61,331 nt of DNA, filler included, from Bipalium vagum (GCA_037834085.1; 3 parts of 3 records of this genome joined end to end with filler, not necessarily neighbours in it); one strand, 5' to 3'. Positions 35,293-50,144 are shown, counted from the whole stretch's first letter. Program-made: numbers and translations. Notes: a model not told the origin generated them from the letters alone.

Positions 35293-36800
35293 TATCAGCT
35301 TTTGTAAAAAGTAATGCCTGTTTTATGACACAAACTTCGGACAAAAATAATTAAGTCATAAAATAAAATTTATTCATTGAAATAGTCACCACCTGCTTTA
35401 TTTATATTTTTTTATACACCTTAGCCAGTTTAGTCACCGGTCGTGGCCTAGACCTCACAAACCCCGTATGAGCAGAACATACAACAAATAGTATAAATAA
35501 ACTGCTTAACAACACCAACACCAACCCCACCCATCACCAAACATCAAACAATTAATCATACAATCAATCAATCCAACAGACATTCCTAACAGAACAAGAA
35601 AGTGAAGAAATAAAAGAAAATAACATATAGCCAGTTATAGAAAATAGCCAGTTTACTCAACGGTCGTGGCCTAGACCTCACATACCCCGTATGAGCAGAA
35701 CATACAACACATTGTACAAATAAACTGCTTAACAACATCACCAAACACAAACAATCAATCATACAATCAATCAATCCAAAAAAACATTCCTAACAGAACA
35801 AGAAGCTGAAGAAATAAAAGAAAATAACATAAAACTTACCTAACTTACCTGCCTCGGTGGTATACATCTTGACCAGGTCCCCTTTCCCAGGTCAAAAATG
35901 ACCTCAGGTTCCTCCTAGCCCGACCGCCGGACACCCGTACACTTTTCCCTCCCTGCTCGACAGAGAGTCGACCCCTGCTGACAGAGATATGCCAACGTTT
36001 CACTAGCATTTCAATTATTGATTTGTAAATTAAATTAATGAATTTATGAAAGACATTTTCCACCTCTTCTTCGTTTTTAAAAAACCTGTCTGTAAGAAAA
36101 TTTGACAAAGACCTGAATAAATGTAAATCTGAGGAGGTGATGTCTGGTGAATAAGTAAGATGGGAAAGAGTTTCATAACCGAGGTATTTCAATTTTTGTA
36201 CAGTTAAGTTTGACGTGTGAGGTCTTGCATTATCTTGCAGGTGAATTTGAAATTTTTCTATTGACTAAATTAAATTACACCAGACACTTACCATTGTCTT
36301 CTTGTAATGAATATCTCTTTTTACCACTTTCCCTGCAAGCTCGCTCGCATCAAACCATTGTCCAGAGCGACGAGAATTTTCATAAATGATCCACTTCTCA
36401 TCACTGGTGATAATTCTGTTCAAAAAAGAGTCATTGTTGTTGCGTATTACCAAAGAAATGCAGATACTCAGATCACCGATCATGCTTCTACAATTTGCCA
36501 ATATGATGAAGATGGTTTGCAATGGTCTTCGGTTAAACATTGAGAATTTTGGCAAGTGCACGTACTGTTTGGGAGGGATCAAATTCAATCAAAACTTCAT
36601 TGTCAAGAGATGGTGACATCCTTATCTTCAAGTTCAAAATCTCCAGAAATCAAACATCATTTTTCCTGAAGACAATCTTGATTTTCCAATTGTTTGTGAA
36701 GCTTCATCTTCTTTTCTCCAATATTTTTCTAAAATTATTATCATGCGTGATCTATTTTTCATCTATAATACTTTTAAGAAATGATTCATTTCATTTCAAT
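35293..36800 (-). mobile_element. Mariner element, degraded, interrupted near its 3' end by a 564-bp insertion
   Basis: FLNRIITSDEKWIIYEN; QDNARPH; HLTYSPDITSSDLHLFRSL; LVKRW | insertion | RCI...AGGDYFNE*; TIR-like TATCAGCTTTTGTAAAAAGTAATGCCTG at 35293. Confidence 0.88.
35424..35987. repeat. Unclassified insertion: two ~190-205 bp direct repeats plus a GC-rich tail
   Basis: Units 35422-35627 and 35645-35831 (TAGCCAGTTTA...GGTCGTGGCCTAGACCTCACA...AAAATAACATA); flanked by TA on both sides. Confidence 0.8.
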
Positions 36801-37589
36801 AAAGATTCGAAAATAGAAATTCTTTTGATTAAATTATTTTCAGATAAAATATGAGGCAGCTAAATATCAAGTTCTTTCTTGTAATCTAGCTGGTCTACAT
36901 GATTTTTAAAACATCTTTTTGGAAAAATTCCTAAATCTTTAACAATGTCATAGATGCTTATATTACGGTCTTGCTTGATTATATTCATGATTTTGTTGTC
37001 TTTATTTGCGAAAAGGTTGGCAATAACAAGGTGTATTTTTCAGTTCAAAAGAAAACCGTGTACATTTTTTAAAGTCAATCATGGAATTTTTCTAATTTAT
37101 GAAAAAAAATTTCATAACGCATCTGATTTCTTTATTTTGAATTTTTTTGACATCTTTTTATTATGATAAACAAATGATATAAATATACTTTTTAATAAAG
37201 ATTTATTTTGATTTGATTTTACTTATATATCTCTTAAAATGCATTTCAAACTTACATATTGCCTGAAATTCAAATTAAAGAAAATCACGAAAAGGTGTAA
37301 ACTTTTAAAGTTAGCTGACAGAAAAACTTTTGCCATAAAGATGTTTAATAATAGCAGGTTTTAATTAATTTGCTTAATAATTTTAAAAATTAAAGCTTTA
37401 TAAATGATTCTTTTCAAGTTGTAACATGCGTATTAGTATTTATTAGTTTGAATTTTTTCTGTATCAAAGTTTTTAGAATAAAGTTTATATTATTGTATAT
37501 TATGTTAAATGCAGTTTTCTGTTACATAATTTTCTGTAATAATAAAGTAGTTAGTTGTTTAAATGCATCAATGTATTTAAATTTGTTAG

Positions 37590-38048
37590 CAGTTTGAGAA
37601 ATGCTTTCAAATTCAGAAATTCGGATAATTTTGTTGAACGAATTCAAACTTATTGTATTGCTATGGAAGTGTCAAGAAACGTAATCCAGGTCTGAGATGA
37701 TCAAGCAGTTTCTGAACGAAGCACATAAATGGCTTTAATGTTTTCAAATGTTGATAATACTCAGTTAAAAACAACGATCGAAGCAGACCCAAGGAAAATC
37801 ACACAGGATGTTACGAAAAACATAAGCGTTCAATTTATGGAAAGATTAATTAAAAAAAGATAAATAAACAACAGCTTTGCGCCACTTGGACACAATTGGA
37901 AAGATTAAGAAGATGGACAATTTTGTACCGCATGACGTGAACGAAGATCAAAGAAATCAACGTTATGATAACTGTTCGAAGTTTCTTGTGCCCACACAAA
38001 AATGTATTGTTTATAAAAAAAACCATTATTTTTCCACCAACCTAATAT
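37590..38048 (+). mobile_element. Degraded, internally deleted mariner
   Basis: IRIILLNEFK; QLKTTIEADPRK; HLDTIGKIKKMDNFVPH; TIR-like CCATTATTTTTCCACCAACCTAATA. Confidence 0.7.
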
Positions 38049-38199
38049 AATTTCCGATTTTGTAAAAATTTTAAAAACAAAACTTAACATGACTTCACAA
38101 GTATTTGAAACTCAACTTTCACGACAATATACGTTTCTGCTACTGATGACATTTCTAATAGTTGTGAGGTTAATAAAAGAAGTTATCTAAATGCTTAAA

Positions 38200-38830
38200 G
38201 AAATGATAATCTATTTTGGCCAGATTTGATGAATGTAAATGCGGACATTTTTATTCTTCGATTCTCTTAGCTTTTAGACGGTTTTTCTTGAAATATGTAG
38301 CCAGAATTATTTTTTAACAGGATTGTACCTGTTATTTTGCATAACACAATTTCGGAAATATTATTTAAGTTTAGACTAACATTTTTGTGCTGTGAAAGGA
38401 AGGATGTGTCATGTAATCTGTATCCCAGAAAATAGTATTGAGCCGATTTCGGTTGTAAATCGAGTTTTGACCCGTGTCAAGAATTTTCATTGATATTTAA
38501 TCTTTGCGAGTAATAAAGGATCCATTTTTCATCATATGTAACAACACAATCAGAATTTTTAAAGTTGATTATATTCCCAATACTTTGCAAATGGAATGAA
38601 ATTATTATAGAACCTACTCCAATTTTTCACTGCAGATTTAGTCAAATGTCAAGTTTAAATAAATCCTCATTGACAATTCTGACATCCAGCCTCCCTTGGG
38701 TGACGTTTGTTAGTTTATGATGACCTTGTTCAAGTTTGAATACAAATGGCGAATGCTGCTTGTTTGTTGAATCATACCAGCTTTGGTAGACTTTAGTAAA
38801 CATGCACTGAAAACAGGGTCACAACTATTT
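38200..38830 (-). mobile_element. Degraded mariner fragment
   Basis: CVVTYDEKWILY at ~38515-38550; FSGIQIT; remnant RPH. Confidence 0.6.
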
Positions 38831-39325
38831 TTTGTTTAAATATTAGTTTTAATAATATTGTTCACATCAACTATTGTTTTTTTTGCTCGAGGCCTACTTG
38901 GCATAAAAAATTAAATAGTTATTTGTATTTATTTGAAATAATTAATAAAAAGCTAACTAATTTAATTATTAATTTAATGAAAAAATGTTAAATAGTTTAG
39001 GTTAAAACTAATATTTTTAAAAAATCAATTTAATCAGACCTAAGCTGCATGCTTACCGATTTTTTTCCCATTTCATTAAGAAGAAATAATTCGAAAAATT
39101 CGTAATATCAGAAATCTCGACCCAAAACTCAATTTTAAAATATTAAGATTATTTTAAAAAATATAATTTATTATACAGTTATATTTTATCTGAAGATTGA
39201 GACTTAAAAAGGTTCGATATGTTAAGAAATCAATGATCTACAACATATGTTAAACTAATGACTTAAATCGAACATTTCATGTTGTGCAACCTAATTTTTA
39301 TTTATTGTTCAAATGAATGAATATA

Positions 39326-39780
39326 TATTGTAGGTTCAAAAAGTTCCGGGATAGTTCTCTAAAATTACAGTTAGACCGCATTATCCATTATCATGTGAAT
39401 GGTTTCTTTTGCATGACAATGCACCTGCACATACATCACTTATCGTTTTGCGATTTTTGGCGAAGGAAAAGGTCCACAAAAACATCCACAATATTCACCC
39501 GATCTAGCTCCGGCCGACTATTTCCTTTTTCCGCAGATGAAAACAGCCCTAAAAGGGAGATGTTTTGATAAAATTCAGACAATTCAGGAAAACGTAACAA
39601 GACTTTTGAAATTGATTCCAAATCAGGAGTACCATGACGCCTTCCAGAGGTTGTATGGACGATGCCAGACATATATAGAGAAAGAAGGGTTATATGTTAA
39701 AAATTGAATAAATTTTATTTTGTGTCATTATTTTTGGTTTTTATAACATAAGTCCTGGGCCTTTTTGAACCTACTGTGTA
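39326..39780 (+). mobile_element. Internally deleted mariner with both TIRs (~455 bp)
   Basis: GTAGGTTCAAAAAGTTCCGGGA ... TCCTGGGCCTTTTTGAACCTAC inverted; internal LHDNAPAH and PQYSPDLAPADYFLFPQMKTALKG. Confidence 0.88.
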
Positions 39781-41347
39781 TTCTTAAAGTTAGTTTATAT
39801 TTATATTGATTATAATATAATTATATTTAGCACATGAAATAAAATATCTTGATCTTAAAACTTTTTTTGAAAAGTACGTTATTTTATAAATAGTTATTTT
39901 AATTTTTATATTACTTTTAAAAATAATTTAGGTTACCTAGCTGTATAAAAGGAGATCAAATTATAAAATATTTTCAATTTCTTGAATTATTTTATATATA
40001 AAGTATTCATAACAATCATTTATTGGGAAGATAAAGATTTACTTGACTGAATAAATCCAATAAAATAAAAAGTGAATTACTCTTGATCATTTTTCTCAGA
40101 AAAGTTATTTTTTAATTTTTTTTTCTATCTCACCTCGGAGTAATAAATTTTTCATAAAAATTAATTAATTTTATTATTGATTTTAGTGATCAGCATATTA
40201 CCATTTATATTAATTTTTTTTATTTTAATCAATCAATTATATATTTTATTTATTTTTATAAAATAATGTTTACATTATAAGGTAAGGTTACTTAAAAGAA
40301 TAAACATATAATTAAAGTTTTTATAATTAACAAAATAGAAGAACTAATGTATTTCATACAAATAAATATTTTAATATTATAGCATGTAGACCATTTTGTT
40401 TTAATTGAAACTAATAGTTTTTTTTTGAAATTTTCATATTTTTAGTTATTTTATGTTAATAAAGTAACGAAATAAAGGAAAATATTACTTTATATATACT
40501 TAATATATCATAGTGTTAAATGAAAATTTTAGTTGTTTTTTCCAGATAATAAAGATATTCTTATTAATTAAACTGTTTATTTCAGTTTTTTAAATTTTTA
40601 ATTTTATTTTGATAACTCCGAAATTATTAAAAAATATTTAAAAAAAAACCGTTCTGATCTTTATAATTCTATTCTCTTGTTCAATTTTTACCTTTAAAAA
40701 AATTAATGTCTCGTCCTTCAATACATCAATAAAAATTAATGAGATAAAGTACCTTATTGGAAAAAATCGATTTCCTTTAATTTTAAATATAATTTTATTA
40801 TGGCATTGGACTATTCAGGCTATGAAAATAATTTTATATTCTACGAAATGATAATAAATGATCCTGAAATAATCAATTTCTAATTAATTAAAATGGAAGT
40901 GTATATTAGAACAGATTTTTATTTGACGTCGTTGATAATTTGTCTTTCTTTAGAGATATTTTTTATCAGTAGAAAATAAAAAAATTCTTTAATAAATGAA
41001 TATTATATTATCCCCTAAAAATATTTAAAATGCGTTGATTTCACATATTTTTCTGATTTTCATATATTTAGTGTCACAATTAATTAAGTAATATATTAAA
41101 ATATTTAATGTGTTCCATTTTAAACAAAACGTTTATCTTTTATATCATATATTTCATAAAAATACCTGGAGTAAAAAATATTTATATTTAATATATTTTT
41201 TGACAAATATCTAAAATTCCAATTCGGAATAATAATAAAATATTTATTTTTATAAAAGACAAGTAGAGGTTCATATCGATAATAATAATAATAATTAATA
41301 AAATATAATAAAGTTCACTCTATTGTTTGTTTTTAATAATTTTATAG

Positions 41348-41605
41348 TATCTTATTAGACGAAAATGGTCACATAAAGCTCACAGATTTCGGTCTATCTA
41401 AAGAATCCATTTATAATGATGAAGCTAATCGAACTTTTTCATTTTGTGGAACAGTAGAATACATGGCTCCAGAAGTAGTAAATCGCAAGGGTCATGGAAC
41501 AGCAGCTGACTGGTGGAGTTTTGGTGTTTTAATGTTTGAAATGCTCACTGGTCAGTTACCATTTCAAGGAACATCCCGTAAAGAAACAATGACCATGATT
41601 CTTAA
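41348..41605 (+). CDS. RPS6KA: RSK exon (258 bp: DFG, activation loop, subdomain IX)
   Basis: tag|[86 protein letters not shown]|gtaagt. Confidence 0.97.
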
Positions 41606-44600
41606 GTAAGTTGAAGATCAATAACATTTTTTCGTTAATTTTCCATCGATTATTAAGCAATTATTCAACCAACAGCCTATGTGTAAACAGACACCTTTAG
41701 ACTAATTCTAATTGTTTACAAATATTATAAAATCATTCATAAAAAAATATTTTTGTTAAATCCATTTTAACCGCTAATTTGTTGAAAAATAATTTTTAAA
41801 AACGTCACTCAATTTTTTAAATATTCTACAAAATTAAAAAGGTTTAAATTAACAAACTTTTATGATTTTAATTCAGAATCTTGGCATCTCGAAGAAATTT
41901 TCAGATTTTCTAGGGAAAAAAGAAAAAAATTATTCATAATATTTTTTATTTATTTTATTTATTAATATTAGTTAATCAAGAAAATTCATTCCGTTTTTGT
42001 ATATGCAATTATTAATGATGGATAAGTGACCTGATACAATTTTTCATGACAGTATAAGCTTATATCAAATATTAATTAGCTTTTGCAAAATTAATTTAAA
42101 TCTTTAAATTGTAATCAAGTGTAGCGAACTATTCAATTCAGAATGTTTATCGATTTAACTGTAATTTCTGTACAATGGCCAGACTGTAAATGCTGATTTT
42201 GCATGCATTAGTAAAAGCATGGCTGGAACATACAAAAATAAGTTCATTCGAAAACATCCGGTAATGCAAAGTCATGCATTGCAAAATTCACTCGTGAAAA
42301 AATCTAAAATTACAATGGGAAATGTTTCCATATTCTTCAGATATTTCTCAAACTTATTACCGGCTCTTCTTATCAAAACAATCATTTCTAGCAAAAAGTA
42401 TTCCGGAATAGAGAAAGTTTGAATTTGAAGTTGGAAATTGATTCTCTTTTAAAAATTCTCAATTCTGTAAAAAGTGTTCTTTAAACTATTATCTCGTTGG
42501 GAAAGTGTGGTTGATTTTAAGGGAAAATAGCTTAATTAATAAAATCTTATTCAGTTACTTTTACTAGTATTATTATTGGACTTGTCATAAATGAACTTTA
42601 AAACAATACGGACGTTCTTGGTTACCTAATTTTTATTGAAAATTAATATCTTAATTATTATTAATGTTTTCTTGTACATTATTTTTTTAAAGAATTTTTA
42701 TTTATTAAAAATATTTTTATTTTAAAAAATGGTTAAGTTCTATTAAATAAACAAGGGCTATTTTCTAGTACTCCATTGATAATAAAATTCTTGTTCATCT
42801 GTAGAATTTATTATTCCACATTTATTTCAATTTATATTTTATTAAAATTTTCACTTTTACGAATTTCTCAACTTGACTTCTGTGGCCAAGATTTAGCACT
42901 TTAGATCTTTAGGGTAAGAATTTTATTTCACAAAGAAATCTTTTGAATTGACAGTCATCTAAAAGCTTATCAATATTTAACATTTTATTATGAAAGTTTG
43001 TTCATTGCACTTTAAAGATTTATTTTAACTCTCCGTAATCCGGAAAATTCTCAAAAGAAACACCTTTATCTGTTTTTAAATCATCCACAATTTTTTGTTG
43101 GGATCTCTTTTGAACTTGAATATTTCACATTCCATTTAGTGAATTTAATTTTAATATTTTTCTTCACATATATTTTTTAATATTGATTATTGAGCTCTTT
43201 CGAAAACCCTTTATATACTAGAGGCTCATTGTTGATTGATTCTTATTTATTTATATCATATAATAAGATTCGTGACTTATCATTATCCATTTAGATGATA
43301 AAGATTATCAGTTTCCATGATCTTCTTAGATATTATAAAGCTATATTTTTCTAATTTTATTATTATTATTATTATTATTATCAATAAGATTCGTTTGTTC
43401 AGTTTAATATATTTTCATTACTTAAACTGTTTTAAGTAAATATAACAATATTTTTTTTATTAGAAAATATTTTTTCATTAATAAACAAATAGGTACAGAG
43501 TTTACACTTAAGTTTAATCATTTTTCAAAACTTTTTTTTTCGTAATTTTATTTATTTGGTTAAGATGTGAATTATTTAACGGATTTCTTATTAAAATGTG
43601 TATGATTGGAAACTGAAATAGCTTGACGATGAGACAAGGGAAAATTGATAATTTCACAAGAAAAAACATTGATCAAAAAATATATCGATCAAAGAGTTGT
43701 CAATTATGTATGGAATAAATTTGAAACCAATTACAAGTATAATAAACTGATGTGAATAAACAAGAAATCAACAAGGAATAGCCTTCCTAATAAATTAACC
43801 AGCAATGTTGTGTCAAAAATTCAATCAATATTGATAATGATGCAAAAATTACGTTAAAATTTCAGAAATTCAATAGACAAATATTTTTTCAAAAAAGCTT
43901 TGAAAAAGATTTAAATAGCGCAAAATATAAATAAAATATACTAAACTTCCATATTTTTATTGAAAATATATTTCACGAATTATATAAGAAATTCTTTCTG
44001 CGCTGGAGTAAAAATACAGTAAAAATATATCTATTTAATCTTATTTATTAATATAAATAAAGTAATATAAATTGGGATGTTTAATTTGTTTTAATTACTT
44101 TTATGAATCATTTATTAGCTAAATGTAAAATGAAAAATATGGAGAAATATTTTTGAAAAAATCTCCGTTCTCAATAGGCAATTTTTCCAAAGGAAAGTTA
44201 AATAAAGATTAATATTTCCCCCTATATTTTGTGGTCTTTCTCTCTCTGATTATTGTAAAAATCCATAAATGCGAAATTGAGATGTGTATGTGGATTGAGA
44301 ATTAGTTTCTAAAGAACAATGTCGACCATTCAATGCCTCGTGGCCAGATAGAAAAACATTTTTAAAAAATTACTTTACTTCAATACTTTTCTTGTAAAGT
44401 TTTCTTTTTTCTCTCTTAAATAGTAAATTCGATCTTAAATTATTTTACCAGAACCTACGGATTTTACTTTAGTAAATTTTATCAGTGTTTGTAAGTAAAA
44501 AAATTAATGAGAATGAAGTTTTTTCGTGAATGATTTATTTAGAACATATAGTATATATCTAACAATAAGAAATTAATTTTATTTAAAGGAACATTGTTGA

Positions 44601-44775
44601 TAAATATTTTCAAAGTTAATTTTTATAAATTAGGATCTATTTTGACAATATTAAGTTTTATTTTGACATTGTGTTGGTTTTACCCAAAACACTCACTCGT
44701 CCCAACTGAAAAGTGTAAAATTGTGCTCAAAATAATAAGAATAATAATAATTGTAAAATTGGGCACAAAAGGACT

Positions 44776-44785
44776 ATAATAATAA

Positions 44786-44824
<39 letters not shown>

Positions 44825-44948
44825 GAAGAATAATAATAATAATAATAANNNNNNNNNNNNNNNNNNNNNNNNNNNNNNNNNNNNNNNNNNNNTTAATTAA
44901 TTAANNNNNNNNNNNNNNNNNNNNNNNNNNNNNNNNNNNNNNNNNNNN

Positions 44949-45005
<57 letters not shown>

Positions 45006-45024
45006 TAATAATAATAATAATAAT
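44776..45024. other. (AAT)n microsatellite spanning an artificial scaffold spacer (44849-44948)
   Basis: N44-TTAATTAATTAA-N44 flanked by AAT repeats on both sides. Confidence 0.95.
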
Positions 45025-45042
45025 TTCTTTTTTTAATTTTAG

Positions 45043-45233
45043 CTATTGAAGGAGATTCCAGTAACTTTTCTCAGAAGTGGACCACTCATAAATGTTTCCT
45101 TACCAAATCCGGAAAATTAGCTATTGTCATACCATACCGGGATCGAAAATATCAGCTAAACATTCTGGTTCAGAGTCTCAATGAATTACTCAGAAAACAA
45201 ATGCAGTGTTATCACATTTATATTGTAGAACAG
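45043..45233 (+). CDS. GT7 beta-1,4-galactosyl/N-acetylgalactosaminyl-transferase exon
   Basis: tag|IEGDSSNFSQKWTTHKCFLTKSGKLAIVIPYRDRKYQLNILVQSLNELLRKQMQCYHIYIVEQ|gt. Confidence 0.92.
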
Positions 45234-47749
45234 GTAGGATTATATGGATTAATTATGATTTTTTTGAAAACCATTGATAAATACCAAATAAGTAAATATT
45301 ATAGAAATATACCAAAATATCAGCAATAATTAAATGTATAAAAAAACAAAAACAGAAACCAGGATTATAGATTAATTAATTATTAGAACAGGATTAATCA
45401 TCATGCTAAGAAAATAATATCTTCTTATGTATTATATATAAATAATTATTTTTTCCTATATAAAAATAAAAATAATATTGATTTTAATTATTTTTCAAAA
45501 AAGGTAATTTTTGTATGTTTTAAAAAAATATAATTACTTTACAAAAATAATAACCACTTAAATTTATTTAAATTAATTAAATTAAAATTAAATTAAATAA
45601 TTTAAACTAAAATGTGATAATATTCAAATTAAATTATTTCTTGTTAGTTTTTCAATGAAAAAAAAATAGTAAAAATTGGTTTTGTTGAATTTTTGAGTAA
45701 AAAATTAAAATAAATAAGTGTAAGAAATTATTTTATTTTTTATTATCTTTTAAAAAACACAACTATCAAAAAAATACAATGTTTTAATTCAAAGATTTTT
45801 AAGTTCCTGTTTCATAAAAATAATATTTAATAATTATCAAAGAGAATAATTAATAATTATCAAGTTTTGGTGGCGAATTTTTGGATTAAATGTGAAGGAC
45901 AACAATTGCAATACGCTTATGAAAAGAATAGGCAACTGCCTGGTTTTTATTGACGTTTCAGAGACATTTTAATTAATGTACGATCTGTAATAATTTCAGC
46001 AATATTTCTTTCTTTTGTTCGAAATCTCGCGAGAGAAAATTCGGGAGAAGGAGAAAAGGGAAAAAAATTATTTTAATAATATTGAAATTTCAATTAACTT
46101 TCGTTACCGTTTTACGGATTACGGACACGTTCTTTTCACAGAATTCAGTCTTTTCCATTATAAGAAGAATTTAATTATAATTAGATTATAATTACATTAT
46201 TATTATTATTATTATTGCAGATTATAAACGGATTATAATTCAAATACTTCACGTTTAACAGTCATTAATTTATTTATTTATACAGGAAGAACATAATACT
46301 TTGTTACTACTTTTGCTGTCCTATATTAAAATAAAATTAATAATATGAATAAAAAATATTATTTATATTTTATATTTATTATATTATATTTTTTATTTGT
46401 GCATAATATTTTATATTTTACAACATTTATATTTACGACTTAAGCAGAATAAAGAGGTCGAAAATAATATTAAAAATGTGTAAGAAAGTTTTCAGTTACA
46501 AATCTGTAAAACTTTTTAAAAAAATATTAATTTTAATTTTAAATTAATTTTATTTAACTTTAATTTATTTTTTAATTTTATTAATTTCCACACCGTAAAA
46601 TAAAAATTTTGAAGTTAAATCTTCAAATGGAAATTAATATTATTATTATTTTACAAATGAATTAAAATAGAAATAAAAACGGTGTTTATTTTTAATAATG
46701 AAAATAGAAAGAACGAAATTTTTGTGGATTAATCAATAATAAAATATTATAAAAATATAACAAAATGCAATTTACAATTAGAAAATTGAGAGGTCTTATA
46801 GAGAAACTCGTAAGAAGATTTTCATCTGTCTCCAGAAAGGCTTTTTATTATTTAACTTTGAAATTGTTAATGGACTCAAGACAATACCTTCAATGAAAGC
46901 CTGCTGCTATCACAGTTTGATAACGATCAATATATTGTTGAAAAATTAATTAAAATTTCATTTAAAAATAATGAACTATTCACAAATATTCTATGAAAAT
47001 ATGTGATAAGAAAACCAGGTGGTAAAAAAGCAATTAAAATATTTTTTTAGTTATTTTTGTTGAGAATATTAATTATTTTTCTTTAATATTTATATTTTAA
47101 AGTCAACTGTGGCGCGTGTCCTTCTACATTTTCCATAAAATTTGGTTTTTGAGCAAAGTAATTATTCAGTTTTAGTATTAAATCTCAGCGCCTTGAATTT
47201 CATAAAATTTATGTTTTTAATTACATTTTTCAATTAAAATCCACTAAATATTTTCCATTTTTTATTAAATTTAATTAAAGAAGGAAAATATTGTTTCAAT
47301 AAAAATTGAAAATGTTAAGATTTTCAGAATTGATTAATTGTAAAAATATAAATCTGAATAAATAATTAAATAAATATTTTTTTAATTTGCTAAGCTAATT
47401 TAATACGTATATTTTGCAAGGTATGTGTATTGCTGCAATTTTAGTTGTGACTGGGGAAATTGAACTCATTTAGATGCGATATTTAAGTAAGCGGAACAAA
47501 ATTATAGAAATTGATCAATAAAATGAGATGTATTGATTAAGAATATTATCGTAATTATTTCATTTCGTTTTTAAAAATTATTCAATTATAAAATAAAATA
47601 ATAAGATTGTTAGAGGATAATGTTATGTTTCTCTATATAACATTTTTTTAGAATTTTGAGGAATTTTTTTCATGTAAAATTATAATTTCAATATAAAAAA
47701 TTTTAACTTTTATTTACGGTATGATTTGTTTTAAAGTTTTGTTTAAATA

Positions 47750-48260
47750 TTTCACATAACTGTTCAGGTTGCAGATTTGAAATAGATGTTGTCCAATTGC
47801 ATTTTAAACACGTTTATTGTTTCATTACCGAAAACGTAAAAGTGCAATATAAGCAAGAATTAAATTTTGTACCGTATTTGGAAAAAAATTCACTTACAAT
47901 ATGCTAATACCAAAACTGGTAACGGAAATCTCGATCTTGAAGATATAGAACGTTCCAGAAAACAAAAAAGCTATTAAAGATAAAATAATAAACTTTATTG
48001 ACGTTCACATTATCGTGCTACTTTTATATTATTCCGGAATTACATTTTTCTGATATGTTTATTAAACATCAAAGAATTGATTTATTTTTGGAGACATTGT
48101 TGGAGAAACATATGTTACTGAAAAAAAAACTGATCCATACAAATTCGAAAGCTGATGTCCAAGAAAAACCGTAGCGTAGCAATAAGGGTGCAGTGTTCCA
48201 TTATGACAATGCACTAGTCAGAAACTTTGGAATCTTAATTTTCTTTGTAACACTGCTGGA
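47750..48260 (+). mobile_element. Highly degraded mariner remnant
   Basis: GNLDLEDIERS; MSKKNRSV...VFHYDNA. Confidence 0.5.
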
Positions 48261-48349
48261 CCGAATATCTTTTGATTTTATAAATTTAAAAGGCAACGAA
48301 ATATAATATTTAGAAAAATATTAATACCTCATAGGTTACTCTTTCATCT

Positions 48350-48950
48350 TCAGCGTAATAATATTTACTTGAAGCATAGAATCAACCATGTTATGACACG
48401 TCTATGTGAATAGTATATCACAAATGTATATCTGTCTGCATTTTCTCCGAATTCGAATGTCCCATGGTATTAATTTTGATTAATTAATGTCCTGCTGGAA
48501 AAAAACCTAAGAAGTTTATATATGACATTGAAAAATTCATATTTACTGTAATCCCTTTCAGGATTTCCACAAAAAATCTTGAGAATTATCAAAATCCATG
48601 AATTTTGAATCTATGAGGTTGAATTTATTTAGAATCTTTTGTTATGAAATCGTCTAATTCTGTGGCTAACTTTCACAGCATGTATGAATATTGATTCGTC
48701 GCTAAAAACGACGTATATCTACTTATATATCACTGTCACTTAGATGAACCTGTTTTTCTTGGGTGACATAAGGCGTCCGAACCTTATGACTTCGTAACTT
48801 TTATATTAACAAAAATCTGTGACAAGATTGGAATTCCTTCAATGTTAAAGGATGTTAAATAATTTGTGATACTTAAGAATATCGTTCTTTCTTTTTTCAA
48901 GCATATACGACGAATTATATGTTATATGTTTGCATAATTTTGGTGTTATT
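48350..48950 (-). mobile_element. Degraded Tc1-like transposase
   Basis: YVVFSDESIF at ~48685-48720; FFQQD at ~48495; PWDI. Confidence 0.55.
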
Positions 48951-49269
48951 ATCTGTCTTCGTTAAAGTCTTTTTTTAACTTTGAAATTTTGACAAACCAA
49001 TATCATGTCTACTTTTCATAATTTATTTATGTAACCAGTAATATGACCGTTCATTAATTCTACAATAATAATTTGACATCTCATATTTTCATTCCGGGTT
49101 TTCATTTTATCTATTAATATATTTTCTATATTTGAAATACTTTTAAAAAGATTTTAATTAAAATTTAAGATGTTTTTTTACCCAAAAATAACAAGGTTTT
49201 TATGACCTACAATAAAAAACCAATGTTAATAATAACAAGATAAAATTAACAACCAACAAATTCAGTTTC

Positions 49270-49790
49270 TTCAAAGCTAGTATGCATAGCTTTCAGCCTT
49301 TCTTTGATCTTGTTACAGCTTTCAATGGTCTGAATGAGGAAATTGTGATCATAATCAACAAACTGATATTTATGACAAATCGATTCACGTATACATGTTG
49401 TTTTTAGGTCTCCATAGACTTTTGCCTCATCAGTGCATATCGTGTTGCCTTGTCTAACTATTTTGTATATGATTGGAAAGATAATTTTTGGTTCAAATTT
49501 CGAAGGCTTTTACTGCAATCTGCTATTAATAAGGCCCAGCATTGCTTAGACGGACCACTTGGTTTAACATTGTTTCTTCATTCTGAAATATTTTATTTGG
49601 ACCACCTAACAAGATATGATTTTTATCAAAATATATTTTTATATTCTCTTTAGGTTGACCCGAAATTTGATAAGAACTAATCTATAAATGTATTCATGAA
49701 ATAATAAATAACCTGCTTATATCAACATATTTTAGGATATCGCATAGTTAAGTGCCATTATTGAATACACCATGTTTACTCTCCAGTCAT
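49270..49790 (-). mobile_element. Merlin (IS1595-like) transposase remnant
   Basis: LLGGPNKIFQNEETML (IGGxxxxVEIDE-like); GNTICTDEAKVYGDL; ICHKYQFVD...IQTIES. Confidence 0.75.
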
Positions 49791-50144
49791 TAGGTTTATA
49801 ATTTCATCGTACTGGTTGCACATATTGGATTATAATTTAATATGTATAATACAATAATTATTGTATAAAATAATCTTAATATAATATTTTATGCAATTTG
49901 TGAAAAATGATAAATGTGTATAATTTGACGTACAATATTTCAATAGTTTAAAAAGCATTGTCCAAAATGTAACACGAATAAAAAATTAATAATTTCAGTG
50001 ATTTATGATTTTATATTGAAAAAAATTGTTTGATAGATGCGAACAGACTTCAGAGACTGACTCGGATTTTTGATAAAATTCTATTTTTCATTACATCAAT
50101 CGTAAAATATTGTTATAAATTTTACATTTTATATACTTAACTAG

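Noticed and set aside
35845-36192. 115-aa ORF that looks like a novel transposase fusion
   Set aside because: Chance read-through from a mariner remnant into the GC-rich insertion.
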